Shown here piece after piece: positions 37,926-49,726 of a stretch of 64,000 nt of DNA (the stretch's first letter is position 1; the number at the start of each line of letters is the position of its first letter). Below the pieces are notes generated by a model, which had not been told where the DNA came from, made no database searches, and saw only the letters and a program-made list of their open reading frames with translations. Made by a program: the position numbers and the translations under genes. Origin of the DNA: Strigamia acuminata (taxonomy: Eukaryota); assembly GCA_949358305.1 (NCBI GenBank), contig OX442314.1, forward strand, positions 30,814,001 through 30,878,000, read 5' to 3'.

Positions 37926-38396
37926 TCAAGGATAGCACGCTAGAAGTGATTGAGTCAACCTCTGTAAGGTGCTGTTTAGCATGGCCTTTCGTTGCAATTG
38001 ATTAGTTTGATTAGGTCGATCCTTGCTGAAGTCTATTAATTGTTTTGCAATGAGAATTTGTTGATACAGATAATCAAATTCCAGGGAACCTGGTTCGTCA
38101 TTCATATCAGCCCCACACTCCCGGCAGATGTCACCCGCGACTGAATGATGCAAACAATTTTCAAAGATGAAAATCATATTACCCGACTCTAACATTTCGT
38201 AATTTGTCTTTAATGTCTGGACAATTGTTCCTGCCACGGTCGATTTATATTCTTTCTCCGACATTTCGTTAGGTAATTGGTACGAAAACAAAGTCATCCC
38301 CACGGAGATTTTGTCACCATTTTCAACGTTCCATTCGATAAGCCTCGCGCATGCGTATTCGGTAAAATAAATCGTCGTAGTGTTCTCGGCTTCCAT
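37926..38396 (-). CDS. FCP1/CTDP1 N-terminal-domain-only protein, copy 1 (156 aa)
   Basis: RLIEW.V..G...(lipoyl-like)...KSTVAGTIV...ENCLH..V.GDICRECGADM resembles the CTDP1 N-terminus. No DxDxT phosphatase or BRCT domain. Short helical tail. Confidence 0.75.
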   Translation of the reverse strand: MEAENTTTIYFTEYACARLIEWNVENGDKISVGMTLFSYQLPNEMSEKEYKSTVAGTIVQTLKTNYEMLESGNMIFIFENCLHHSVAGDICRECGADMNDEPGSLEFDYLYQQILIAKQLIDFSKDRPNQTNQLQRKAMLNSTLQRLTQSLLACYP

Positions 38397-39090
38397 TGCA
38401 AAGATCAGCGGGGTAATGACTTTGTTCGTGCAGAACGTTTGTTCATATAGTACGATGTATTATTTAAAACGTGTCGTTTACGTTAGTTTGAGAACGTCCT
38501 GTCTACGTAATCAAAATCAAAGATGAAATTATCCAACCGCGGAATGTTGACGCCAGGTTTTCCCACTACCCGCATAAGCAAAATATTTGAAGCCGAGTTT
38601 GAAGCAGATGCGAAATTAAGAATTAAATAATTCCTAATATGTTAAATTATGATGTTTGGATCCAAAATGTTGTACTTACAGTTTAATTACGACACAACTG
38701 GTGGCTTGTTTGTTCTTCGTTCAAATGCAGGTCCGCCTAAACAGACAAAGGAGGGAGACTATCGTGCTTCCATCTTGCTTTTCAAAGACGTTACTAAAAG
38801 GTGGATGTGTGAGGCGGCAAATTTAAAATGTATTTCAATTTAATAAATCACATTATCGTGTAGAAAACCCGACAAATGTAAACAAACTAGAGAAAATTTA
38901 CTTTAAACAAAATCAAAAAATCATCACAAAATAGTACTAAATAAAAGAATTGAAAATAAATTGATTATTATTACAAAAACAAAAAAAAAATTTAAAAAAT
39001 CCAAATATCAAGAAAAATGCGAAACACTGGACTCACACTACGGCATGAAATCAAATTAAACTTATTTCTACACATTTGTCACAACAATTT

Positions 39091-39603
39091 TCAACTTTTT
39101 AAACGTTGCCTTTGCGGAGCTCCAACTAGCAGTGATTTCGTCAACTCACTAATCTCTTGTTCATAACCTTTTATGGTGCGGTTTAATATTGCCTTTCGGA
39201 ATAACTTATCAGTTTGATTACGTTGATCCTTGTACATATTCACCAATTGTTTCGCAATCAGAATTTGCCGGTTAATATAATCCAACTCATGCAGCCGACT
39301 TATCTCATTCACATCGACCGCACACTCCTGGCAAATGTTACCGATGACTAAGCGATGCGAACAATTTTCCAACACAAAAATCACATTCCCCGCCTCTAAA
39401 ATCTCGTCGTTTGCCTTCAGTATGTTTACAATTGTTCCAGCGACGGTCGACTTGTACTCCCTATGAGTTGCTTCGTTAGGTAGTTGGTAGGAAAACAGAG
39501 TCGTCGTCCGCGAAATTCTGCGACCACATTCGACTTGCCATTCAATTAGCCTCGCCAGCGGGTGTTCGAGAAAATGAATCGTCGTAGTGTACTCGAGTTC
39601 CAT
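39091..39603 (-). CDS. FCP1/CTDP1 N-terminal-domain-only protein, copy 2
   Basis: Paralogue of copy 1 with CSH..VIGNICQEC and a coiled-coil-like tail. Intact single-exon ORF. Confidence 0.75.
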   Translation of the reverse strand: MELEYTTTIHFLEHPLARLIEWQVECGRRISRTTTLFSYQLPNEATHREYKSTVAGTIVNILKANDEILEAGNVIFVLENCSHRLVIGNICQECAVDVNEISRLHELDYINRQILIAKQLVNMYKDQRNQTDKLFRKAILNRTIKGYEQEISELTKSLLVGAPQRQRLKS

Positions 39604-40759
39604 CGCAATCATCAACGGCGTGACTGTCAACGTTTCGGTCTGTTCTCGGCTGATGTATTAGTTCGGAAGTATCATCGGTATTTTCTCGTTTTCTTTTATT
39701 ATCTTGGATTTAATCGGGAGCGCACGTTACCAGCCGGTCATACATAAGAACAAACTATGATATTTTCGTTTCGGTTGTTGGAAAACCTGATACGGTAAGC
39801 GGAAAACCTGATTGTTTTCGATAGCGGATCACGATTAAATGTGAAATACTTTCAAAGTTCAGCTGCAGATTGTTATCGTTTTTATATCTGGACAACACTA
39901 ATTCACGTGGAATGTGATAAATATTTGTCAACTCTGTTTTTATTCACTCATTCATTGCTAAATTTCCTAAATTTCCCTCTACGTAAATGCCTAAAATAAG
40001 TTTAAACACAGCACAGTGCTAACTTTCTACTTTTTATTCATTTTTACAATGATATCTGTCTTGAAATTCGAGAATATTTACAACTTTGAAAGCCTTTTCC
40101 AGCAGGCTAAAAAGGTTACAGCTAAGGGGTGCTGGGTCCGCTGCAGTCGGGTTTTCTCTTTTGCCATCACTTCTGACGTCATCTCCGCCATTGCTCTCAC
40201 TGTCGCCGTATTCTTTTAACTTACCATTGAATTTAAATGGAATTTGATGACGTTTTCTACAACCTCCATCACCCTGAGCGACCTGCTTGTTTCCCGGAAC
40301 TCCAGCCGCGCCTTGCTGCGAGTGCACGACGACGATCGAGCAGAGAACGTGACTAAATTCCTACAATTGGACAAATGTTTAAAAAATGTGTGAAATATTT
40401 TGTCACTAGAAATCAGTACTTACGTACATGCCAATAGTTTATAATTTAAAATGCACACATAAAGTTTATTAATAAATATTACATACAAGAGATTAAATAT
40501 GAATGAACTATAAAATTGGAATGTAATGACGCTTTGATGCATTAAATCGAAATGCAAACACTCCAGTGAGAATTTATATGTTAAAAAATACAGGAACTCA
40601 TCAAAAGTGTTCCTGATTTGTGTAAAAGCAGTTTGTTACAGCCAAAAACGTCAATAAATACATTTATAACAAATTATCATTCCTTCAAAACCTTTTATTA
40701 CATTTTTTAATATTTTTTTAATTTGGTGCCATTCAGCATCCCATGTTTGGTGATCTTTG

Positions 40760-41305
40760 GAGGTGGTGGAAATGTTATGGTTTGGGGTGCATTCCGCTGC
40801 ACGGGAAAGACCATCTTTGCCTTTATTTCTGGTAGGATGTATTCTGATACGTATTAAAATGTGTTTAATTCCCATTTAAAGCCCTGGATGATAAGAATTC
40901 CTGGACAAAAGGCCATCTTTCAACAGGTAATGCTCCCATCCGTGTATTCAAGGCAACATTGGTGGGAAGAAATTAATCAAATGGTTCTACAAAAACTAAT
41001 TGATGGGATGAAAGATTGAATTTATAGACTAATTGAACATAAGGGAGGTATCACAGGGTATTGAAAATGTATAAATCTGCAATTTTTACAATGAGTGATA
41101 ATAATTTTGTGCAAGTAAAAAAAGTAAAATATCTACAAATGCCAGAAATTTCAATATTTAAGTAAAATATTACTGCGTAGCAGTGTAAATAGAAATATTA
41201 TTTAATAATAAACATGATTTCATTGTAATTCCTCGTCATTATCATTGCCAACACAACAATTGGGTAAATTTTAACACCGTGATAATTTTTTTGTGAGCAC
41301 CTTAT
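40760..41305 (+). mobile_element. Highly degraded Tc1/mariner remnant
   Basis: VMVWGAF, IFQQ..AP and KGGITGY* fragments. Confidence 0.65.
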
Positions 41306-41725
41306 ATAACATTGATACATGGTAGCGCCCTCTGATGCCAAATTATTACACTACTGTGCGTATGAGCGAGTGCGACGTTGCTCTAACGAACATAGAACAA
41401 GTAAAAAAAATAAAAAATATATTTATGTAACAAAAAATAAATACAAAAAAATTCAAAAAAAGAGATAAGATGACAGAAAAACGAAATGTTGAGTTGAACA
41501 AATACCGGTATTTAGGTCTGTCGTAAGACGCAGAACAGGAGGTTTAGAAGCACCAGTAATGTCACTTCCTCCATGATTGATGAGCTTTGATTTGATTTTA
41601 TTAATTTTTTATACAATTATAAAATTCAATCGATTTATACATATTTTTATTTTAAATAGTAAAAATTTAACAAATACGGTATACAGAAAAGGTCAAGCAA
41701 AAATTATAAATCAGCAACACAGATC

Positions 41726-43740
41726 TTAATTATATCGTCCACCTCTACCTCTACCACGTTTTCTTGAACCCTCCTGATCGTCATTCTCCCAATTCCTTTT
41801 ATTATTATTACTTTCTCTCGCACGAAAATTCCTCTCGTTACGAACAACACGGTTATCCGAACGACCTCCACGGCCACGATGTCTCAACCGCGGGAAATCA
41901 CTACCTCTCTCATTACTCCGCAAATCATTGTCGCCAAACGACTGTCGATGGTCCATTTGAAGGAATTGAAACCTTTCAGGAATATCCCTTTGCTGGAACT
42001 GAAATCCATCTTGATGACGACGGAAATCGGGATTTGGACCTTCCGGTCTCAGCCACACAGCCGGCATTTGTCGATCCGTCGGCGGTAAACCACGAAAATC
42101 GCCACGACGTCTCAACCGCGGGTCTTCATTCCGTGCACACAACTCACTTCCTCTCTCATCGCCAAACGACCTTCGGTGGTCCATTTGATTGAATTGAAAC
42201 GCCTCTTTAGAAATATCCATTTGTTGGAACTGGAACCCATCTCGAGGACGACGGAAATCGTCATTCCCACCATCAGCTTTCCGCACAAACAGCCGCCATT
42301 TGCTCACCAGTCGTCGGCGTAGCAAGCAGCGGCGTTTTATGTTCCACCGGCCGCATCCACTCCTCTTGAAACTCGCGCGCAATTGGCTTCGAGTACGGCA
42401 CTTTGACCTGCAAATCCGATTCAAAATGGCGTGCATCGACCACCGGCGCTTCCACCACTTCATCTTTCGTTTCTTCTGGACTCATCGCGTCAAATTCCAA
42501 CCCCGGAATCGCCCGATCGGACTCTCTAAATACCGGTTCGTCATTCTCAGACACAACAGCTGTCGCGGCAGAATTCGTGTTGTATTTGTCCTGCATTTTA
42601 TCGCCGGGCGAATTCCTCGTCCAGAACTTACTCGAGTGATCGTTCGACCCGGAACACAAGATATGTCCGACCGGATGCCACGCCAGCGACCACACGATGC
42701 CGTCGTGCGCGTTCTCCATCGCCCCGACCTCCGATTCGGCGCCCACGTTCCAGAAGAGCACCGCGCCGTCCGACCCGCCGCTGCAAAACAACGTCTCGTG
42801 GATCGGATGCCACGCGAGACTCGACACCCCCTTCTTGTGTCCACGAAACGTGCGCACTTCCGGACTCGCCTTGCGCACGTCGAACAACTTGATCAGACCG
42901 TCTCTCGACGCCGTCAACAACCAATTCCCGTTCCGCCGCACGTCCATCGCGGCGCTTTTGTGCGAACGCAGCGTCGCCAAACACCGCCCGCTCTTCGGAT
43001 CCCAGAACTTGACCGGCTGCTGGCCGTCCTTGCTGCCGGACACGATTATCGCCTTCCGCGGGTGCCAGTCGACGGCCAACACGTCGGCGCCGTGGCCGCG
43101 CAGAATCCTCTCTTCGACGCACTGCTCGAAGTCCCAAATGCGGAGCGTCTCGTCGTCCGAACACGACGCGAACTTGGTGTCGTTCGGACAGAAACTGAGC
43201 CCCCGCAACGCCTCCTTGTGCGCCTGGAACATCTTGACGTTGTTCATGTTGGTCTGCCAGTATTTGGCGTATCCGGCGTGGTCGCCCGTCACCATCCACG
43301 TGTCGTTGTGGCTCCAGACCATGGCGCGGACGGGCGCGTCGTGCGCTTGGAGGATCGTTTCGAAGTTGAAGGTTAGGCCGTTCCAGAGGGTGAACTCGCC
43401 GCTGGACGCGCCGGTGACCAGGCGGCGGCCTTCGGGGGTCCAGGCGACGCAGTTGATGGGGCAGCGGGTTTTGTTGGTAGCGGCGCGGACGAATTTGGTC
43501 GTGACGGAGTTGGTTGGGTTGTGGGTCAGGTGCGATGGGGTAGGAGGTGTCGGGCTGGATGCAGTGTTGGTCGCGGTGGTCGCGCTGCCACACGCGGGCG
43601 AAGAGTTGGTTGATTATGGAGGAGTTGTAGTCGACGGTTTTACGTACGACGGCTTTTCGGAGACGTTTGCCGTCGAATTCTGTGGTTTGCGCGGGGAAGT
43701 TTGATGCGAATCGCGGTTGGGTGGGCGGAGGGGTTTGCAT
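41726..43740 (-). pseudogene. WDR33: Intronless WDR33 (Pfs2) copy with a frameshift at ~43535 and probably a second near 42290
   Basis: FDGKRLRKAV.RKTVDYN in one frame. TTKFVR..TNK..CP...[35 protein letters not shown] and the WD40 repeats through SKFWTRN.PGDKM.D.YN in another. Arg/Gly/Asp-rich tail in a different frame from the WD40 region. Confidence 0.88.
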
Positions 43741-45389
43741 CTTAGATGGATTTGTGTTTTCAAGGATTAGTGGATGGTATTTAAAGTATTGAGCGTGTGT
43801 TTGGCGTTTTGGAGAACGTACATATGACGTAAGGTTGAAAAATCAAAATTACCACCGATGTTTGGTACGGGGTTCACGGCTCGGTGAACACGAGTTTCTT
43901 CTGAATATAGAAACAATCTCGATACTGTATTTTCCGCAATCAATCGATTGAATTTAGTTTTTTCGACGGATATTAAGAAATTTAAAATTTAAATTTAAAA
44001 TTTTTAAGAAATCATGTGCACGTCAATTAATCAAGTCATAATTAACGGGTCCTTTAATTCTTGTGGCACAGGGCCTCAAAAGTTCATAAAATGTGTGATT
44101 CGAAGTGCGAAAAACAATAGGCGCATTTATAAAATTATTTAAATTTGTTTATATTTTTAAATGTAAAATTTAACGTGCAAAATTTAAATTTAAAAAATAA
44201 AAACAAGCTGCCAGACAGCTGAATACGTGGCAACAACACAACAAGAATTTTAATGCTAATAATTTCCAACTATAACAAAACAGAAACACAGTATGGAGTA
44301 GCATCTATCAATTTCTTGCATTTCAATACTCCAGTCACTTCCATACATTGTCGTAACGTTTTGCGCACTCCTATCTTGCGTTTTCAATTAACTAATACGT
44401 TGTGTCGTGATGGGACCTCGTCATACTTCTTTAAAGACAAAATTTCAATAAAAAACCTACTACTTTCCACTAAAATACTTACTGCACTTTCCAGAATTAT
44501 CTTGTTTCGTCACCCATATCTTTTCCTTTGAACATTCGACGACCTTAGCAAGCACTTTCATTTCTGTATCACAATAATAATGAATAACCGTTCCGACTCC
44601 CCATAATAAGCCATTCCAGTCCCGATGCAAGGCTCCAGAGGCTGGTGGGTCTTCGCCTAAACAACTCGTCGGCTCTGTACCAGTCAAAAATGAATTAACA
44701 TTAAATTCGTACTGCCCCGTAAGGCTACACGCATTTAGGGACAACAACTTTTGCGAATGGCATTTTTTTTTCTTATTTATTTTATTTTGGTTTGTAAAAT
44801 ATATAGTTAATTAATTATTCTAATTTGAAATTGTCATTGTTATTTGCTTTTTGAGTGCGACATTCAAGACCAGCTCCCGAGAGATATTTATGGCGTTTAA
44901 TTAATGGATTTGAAAGTTGTCCGTAAATGTGTAAGGCCTTACACGACAAGGGTTTATTTTTCCTTATGCATCGAAGGGTTGAATGGAAACTTACCTGGAA
45001 GCTTTTCCTTAAATATTCGTCTTCCTTTTTCGTCAAGTCCGCAGACGTGGAACTTCCTAAATCGTTCCGTCCACTCTCCGTTACCTTTACATTTGACTTC
45101 AGTTGCAACAGGTTGGTCTCTTTGATCACTGCACGTATAGCGCACCACTGTGCCACGAGTACGTGTTCGCCCGTCCCAATGTGAGCGTAGCAGTTCGTAG
45201 GTAGGTGGATCCGCGGAGCAAGTTTTTTTTGCAGTCCCGAATAAGCGGCTAAGACCTTTAACAAGAAATTCAATTCAAATGAGTGGTGGAGCCATTAATG
45301 GATTTAAGCTTTGAAAGAAAAAATGCGTAACAATATCTCGTGCAGTGGCGTATCGACTGATCTTTGCACAAATGGATCCCCGTGAAAGA

Positions 45390-45760
45390 ATTTGAGAGTT
45401 TGAGAAAGTTTGCGAAAACTTTGAGATAATTTAAAAAAAATTTGAGAAAATTCGCGAAAAATTTGAGAAAAATTTGAGAAAAATTTGAGAAAAATTTGAG
45501 AAAAATTTGAGAAATATTTGAGAAAAATTTCCGAAAAATTTGAGAAAAATTTGAGAAATATTTGAAAAAAAATTCCAAAAAATTTGAGAAAAATTTCCGA
45601 AATTGTCGGAATGGTTAAAATTTAGCAGAAAATTTTCAAATTTTTAAAATTTAGCAGAAAATATGTCAATATTTAGCCAAAATTTGTCAAAATTTTCAAA
45701 ATGCATCAAAATTTTGTACAATTTTTTTAAATTATATCAAAATTTTCAAATTTTCTCAGT
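45390..45760. repeat. Low-complexity 11-bp satellite (AAAAATTTGAG)n
   Basis: Direct inspection. Confidence 0.9.
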
Positions 45761-45915
45761 TTTCGCAAACCAACCGTGTGTTTTGATGTCATTTTATGCG
45801 CAACAATGGAATGCTACAGACTGCTGACATTGTTCCAATTCGAATCCAAACGTGAATCGAGTTGTGGGAACTCGATTGACGAACGGAGTTGTTGGGCGCA
45901 CGGAACGGAGTTTAG

Positions 45916-45980
45916 TGTTCACACCAATCTTGGATCTAGATCGGCAGCTTTGGATGAGATCCAAAAGCTTGGTGTGAACA
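45916..45980. mobile_element. 65-bp micro-MITE with TGT...ACA ends and 4-bp TSD
   Basis: TIR TGTTCACACCAA/TTGGTGTGAACA; TTAG on both sides; related copy at ~62140-62203. Confidence 0.8.
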
Positions 45981-46580
45981 TTAGTCGCTTGTGATCCACA
46001 TCCTCACCTCCTACGCCACTACACAAATTCAACACATTCAAGCCATACTTTCGTCTTCTTCTTTACTCACTTGTCAGCGTCACCACAGAAATCATGGCAA
46101 CAAGTACAACGACCAAAAGTATCCCGACAATACCTGCCCATTTAACAGCCGGTCTCTTCACCCTATTTTTGTTCGAAGCATCTCCGGGCTTAGGCGATCC
46201 TGCACTAGGCGATTCCGGATCAGTTTGTTCCGACGTCCCAACAGCAGCCATTGCTTCCAACGTCTATCGACGACAACAACACGAATTAGAATGCTCGCGG
46301 ACCACGTCTGCCATTGTTGGTGCCATCACGCGTGACGTATGTTTTTCACGTTCGTATTTTTCTCTTGAATTGTCGACATGATATTTCATTCTCTTTGTTT
46401 CCTCGTTTTGAATGAACAAGAATCAAAAGCGGTCGATTTTCTTTGTTGTTGCCTTACAATCATAGTAATCCAACTAATCTCCATTTCCGCCGGATATTAC
46501 ATGTATGAAAGTAAGAAATCGTGCGAATAAAAGTGATATTTTGACATCAATATACGTATTTTAAAACAGCTTACTTCATA

Positions 46581-46799
46581 TGCATGGGAGAGCCGCCCGC
46601 CACGCCAGGCCTGTTGTCGGATTGGGATGGATTCAAACGTTACTCTGGACTTGTTGTCAACTATCGATGCAATTCGGAGAATCAACACGAAGTGGTACAG
46701 ATTGTCGATTGTGTTGGTGGAGAGTGGCAGATTGTCATGAAGAAATCGGGACTGTGTGCAGCAGGTGCACACGCAGGTGAAATACAGAACGTCTTATGA
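46581..46799 (+). CDS. Isolated sushi/CCP-like domain segment, opposite strand to the neighbouring gene
   Basis: CMGEPPATPGLLSDWDG...GLVVNYRC...DCVGGEW...GLC has the same spacing as the domains at 44480-45220. Gene context unclear. Confidence 0.5.
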   Translation, partial: CMGEPPATPGLLSDWDGFKRYSGLVVNYRCNSENQHEVVQIVDCVGGEWQIVMKKSGLCAAGAHAGEIQNVL

Positions 46800-47139
46800 T
46801 AAACGATTAGTGCTTTCAAGATTTCGGTTTACGAGTGGTTGTTTGTAACAAGATTAAGTTGTATTGATGAAAATTAAAACTTATCGAGTCCATATATAAG
46901 ATAAAAATATGTAGAAGCAGTCGGCATTAACCATTTATTTTATATACACCGGTAAAACATTTTTAAGTATGACTGCGTGTGGTCTGTGGTTAACCCTTTC
47001 AATGTTTTCGTTTACACAAGCACTAAAAACCGGAACTTTGATTGCACCTATTATTGTAAAGATAATCTACACATGAAATACCAAAATGCTGCAAAGTGCG
47101 TAAAATCCCTTGCAACATCAAAACAACAGCAGTCACAGG

Positions 47140-47196
47140 TAATAACCATAACCAAAACCAAAACCATAACCATAATCATAACCATAACCATAACCT
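47140..47196. repeat. (ACCATA)n hexamer microsatellite
   Basis: Direct inspection. Confidence 0.9.
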
Positions 47197-47275
47197 TATT
47201 TATTTTAATCATCAGCAGAATTTTCATTAAATGCACTTTACAAAATGTAATAATATCATTTGCAAAGCAATAGCA

Positions 47276-49726
47276 CTATATGTTTTTTGTTTCAGCTGAG
47301 TTTGCCTTGAATGCAGCATGCACATAAACCGATTTCCTTTTCGTCGATGCAAAACGAGTGTTCATCGTTCTGGGCATGGATGATCTTAATTTCCTCCAGA
47401 AGTAAGGCTTCTTGGCTTCAACATATGTCGTCAACGTTATGAATGATTTGAATTCCTGATCGATTTTGGACAAGTCGGGAACTTCGTCTGGCACAACTGC
47501 GATCACCCGACGCACTTTATCTTGGAGCGCCTTTTGGTAAGCGATGTCGAACTCCAAACGACTCCACGAACTCTTCAAATAATTGTCAGTCAACACTATG
47601 ATGGTCCGTTTGCTGCTTTCCACCGGTTTTACTATCTGATCCGTTATAAATTCACCCGCGCCCCAGTCCCGGTTGTGTAGACACAGTTTGTACGAAGGAT
47701 TGCCTGTTTCCAGCCCCGGGACGAGGAAGTCCACGATCCAGTCTTCGTCCTCGCTACTGTACGAGACAAATGCGTCGTATGTTTTGTCTGCATCGATGTC
47801 TTCTTCGGTCACAAATCTCAAACAAATTCCTTTGGAGAACATGTAGTAGAAAATTTCTGATTTATACTTGTAGGAGAGTATTGTAAACACACTAAGTAAA
47901 ATTAAAATTGCAATAACTGGTAGTAAAAGGAATAACAAATTAAAACTTTTACAAATTCGATCAATATCAGTAATATCAGTAAAATTGTAATGTATATTAT
48001 CTATCATACAGGTTAATGTGTTTTTATCCTCAAAAGGGTGAGATTTGAGCACACGTTTACTCATTTCATAGTCACATTTCCATGAATTATTCGATAGCTT
48101 GAGTTTTTCCAAATTTAACAAACTCGCAATTTTATCGTCGAATTTGCTGAGGGAGTTGTTGTTTAAATGCAGAACGGCCAAGTTTGGCAATATAGGCATA
48201 TTTTGTAACAATTTCAACCTATTATACGAGAGATCTAACATTGTTATCTGCGACCAAATTGGATCATGTTTTTCTGGTAACGAGGAAATCTTATTTCGGG
48301 TTAAATTTAAACAAACAGCAACTGCTGAACCATACGAATGTATTTTGGGGAAACGAGTCAAGTTGGAGTTAATGCAAGCAATCGACACATGTAGTGGGGC
48401 ATCGAGGTCATCAACACTGCAGTAACATCCAAAAGGACAATTTTTAGGATACTCACAATACAAGTTTTTAACCGTTAGCAGAGATGTCCCATACATTTTA
48501 AGTGGGTTGGAACAGGAATTGTTTTCTGTGTTAAATCTGATTGTTGCACTCTGATTGCGCAGATACTTGATGATGTTTAATCTGCAGTCGCACACAAATG
48601 GATTGTGAGACAAGTCAAAATCAACTAATCCGGTGTTACGTATGTGAATAATTTCAAAATTGGTGAAATTGACATGGGCAATTTGATTGTGGCTCAAAAT
48701 AACTTGAGAGACGCTTTGAAATGCTGTCAGATCATTGTCATCTAATTTGCTAATATTATTAAATGAAATGTCAATGCTTTTGGTTACACTATCAAACATG
48801 CCATGGCGAATTTCATGTAAGCAGCAATTAGAACATTTATAGTTTTTTATGTACTGGCCAACTTCTGTTTCAAAAAGAACTTTGTACATTTTAGGACAAT
48901 TATTTGACATATCTATTGTCTCAGCATTCGTTATGAAACTTGTAGGAGGAAGCTCTATATATTCAAAATTATTATTTCTCAGATCAAGATGGACTGCAGA
49001 ATCGTGGGGTGTGGACATTTGCTGAATAAAGCTTATCGAATTATCAGTTAATGTGATGTGTTTTAGCTTTTCGCAAAATTCAAGTCCACTTAAAAAAACG
49101 TTAGTGATGTTATTCGAATTAAGACGTAGCACTTCCAGTTTATTTGTGAAGCTGACCAACAATTCAAGATTTTTAATTTGATTGTGGCTGAAATCAATCT
49201 CCACAATAGCTTTGGAAGATAAAAACATATGTTTGGGTATGTCATGGAGTTTATTATTGTTCATGTAAAGTTTTCTCAGAAACCGATTTTCTGACAACAG
49301 GTCCTCGGGTATAGATTCGATGGAGTTGTGAGATAAGTCTAGCACTTCCAAATATTTCAAATCAACTAATAAATCTAATAACGGTAATAAACTCAGATTA
49401 TTATGCAATAAGTTGAGTTCCTTTAGGAATAATGTTTGGTTGAAATCGCTCCTTGAAACAACACCAATACGGTTGTTACTGAGATCATAACTCTCTAAAG
49501 AATTAAAGTTATATATGACACTGGGTATATGAGTGAATTTGTTAAAACTTAAATCTAATTGATGTAAATATTCCAGATTGCTAATGTTGCTAGTGAACGA
49601 CACTAAACAGTTGTTGCGCATTTTTAATGTTGTTAACCATTCTGGGATTGCATTAAACATTGTGGACGTATTAATGCTATTAGTTGTTTTTAAGGGATTG
49701 GTGCAGAAATTCAATATCTCAAACAT
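47276..49726 (-). CDS. Intronless Toll-like receptor, multiple-cysteine-cluster (protostome) type; N-terminus uncertain
   Basis: Many LxxLDLSxN repeats, NPFVCDC, CPFGCYC, NSWKCD, a TM helix, and a TIR domain (YDAFVSYS, LCLHNRDW, SKRTIIVL, W.RLEF, FWRKLR). Confidence 0.93.
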   Translation of the reverse strand: MFEILNFCTNPLKTTNSINTSTMFNAIPEWLTTLKMRNNCLVSFTSNISNLEYLHQLDLSFNKFTHIPSVIYNFNSLESYDLSNNRIGVVSRSDFNQTLFLKELNLLHNNLSLLPLLDLLVDLKYLEVLDLSHNSIESIPEDLLSENRFLRKLYMNNNKLHDIPKHMFLSSKAIVEIDFSHNQIKNLELLVSFTNKLEVLRLNSNNITNVFLSGLEFCEKLKHITLTDNSISFIQQMSTPHDSAVHLDLRNNNFEYIELPPTSFITNAETIDMSNNCPKMYKVLFETEVGQYIKNYKCSNCCLHEIRHGMFDSVTKSIDISFNNISKLDDNDLTAFQSVSQVILSHNQIAHVNFTNFEIIHIRNTGLVDFDLSHNPFVCDCRLNIIKYLRNQSATIRFNTENNSCSNPLKMYGTSLLTVKNLYCEYPKNCPFGCYCSVDDLDAPLHVSIACINSNLTRFPKIHSYGSAVAVCLNLTRNKISSLPEKHDPIWSQITMLDLSYNRLKLLQNMPILPNLAVLHLNNNSLSKFDDKIASLLNLEKLKLSNNSWKCDYEMSKRVLKSHPFEDKNTLTCMIDNIHYNFTDITDIDRICKSFNLLFLLLPVIAILILLSVFTILSYKYKSEIFYYMFSKGICLRFVTEEDIDADKTYDAFVSYSSEDEDWIVDFLVPGLETGNPSYKLCLHNRDWGAGEFITDQIVKPVESSKRTIIVLTDNYLKSSWSRLEFDIAYQKALQDKVRRVIAVVPDEVPDLSKIDQEFKSFITLTTYVEAKKPYFWRKLRSSMPRTMNTRFASTKRKSVYVHAAFKANSAETKNI

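Larger units (their letters stand above)
44480..46251 (-). pseudogene. Disrupted multi-exon gene for a type II membrane protein with sushi/CCP-like domains
   Basis: TM exon (WAGIVGILLVVVLVAMISVV) with GTGAGT donor at 46070. Domains C..DPP...W[DN]G...GTV..Y.C...C...W...C at ~45220-45040 and ~44670-44480. In-frame stops and an exonic insertion. Confidence 0.6.

Noticed and set aside
42300..43704. Long plus-strand ORFs, and possible bacterial HGT suggested by high GC
   Set aside because: They are antisense shadows of GC-rich WDR33, which is a eukaryote-specific gene.
47655..47690. TIR BB-loop lacking proline (RDWGAG) as a sign of inactivation
   Set aside because: Functional arthropod Tolls also vary at this position.
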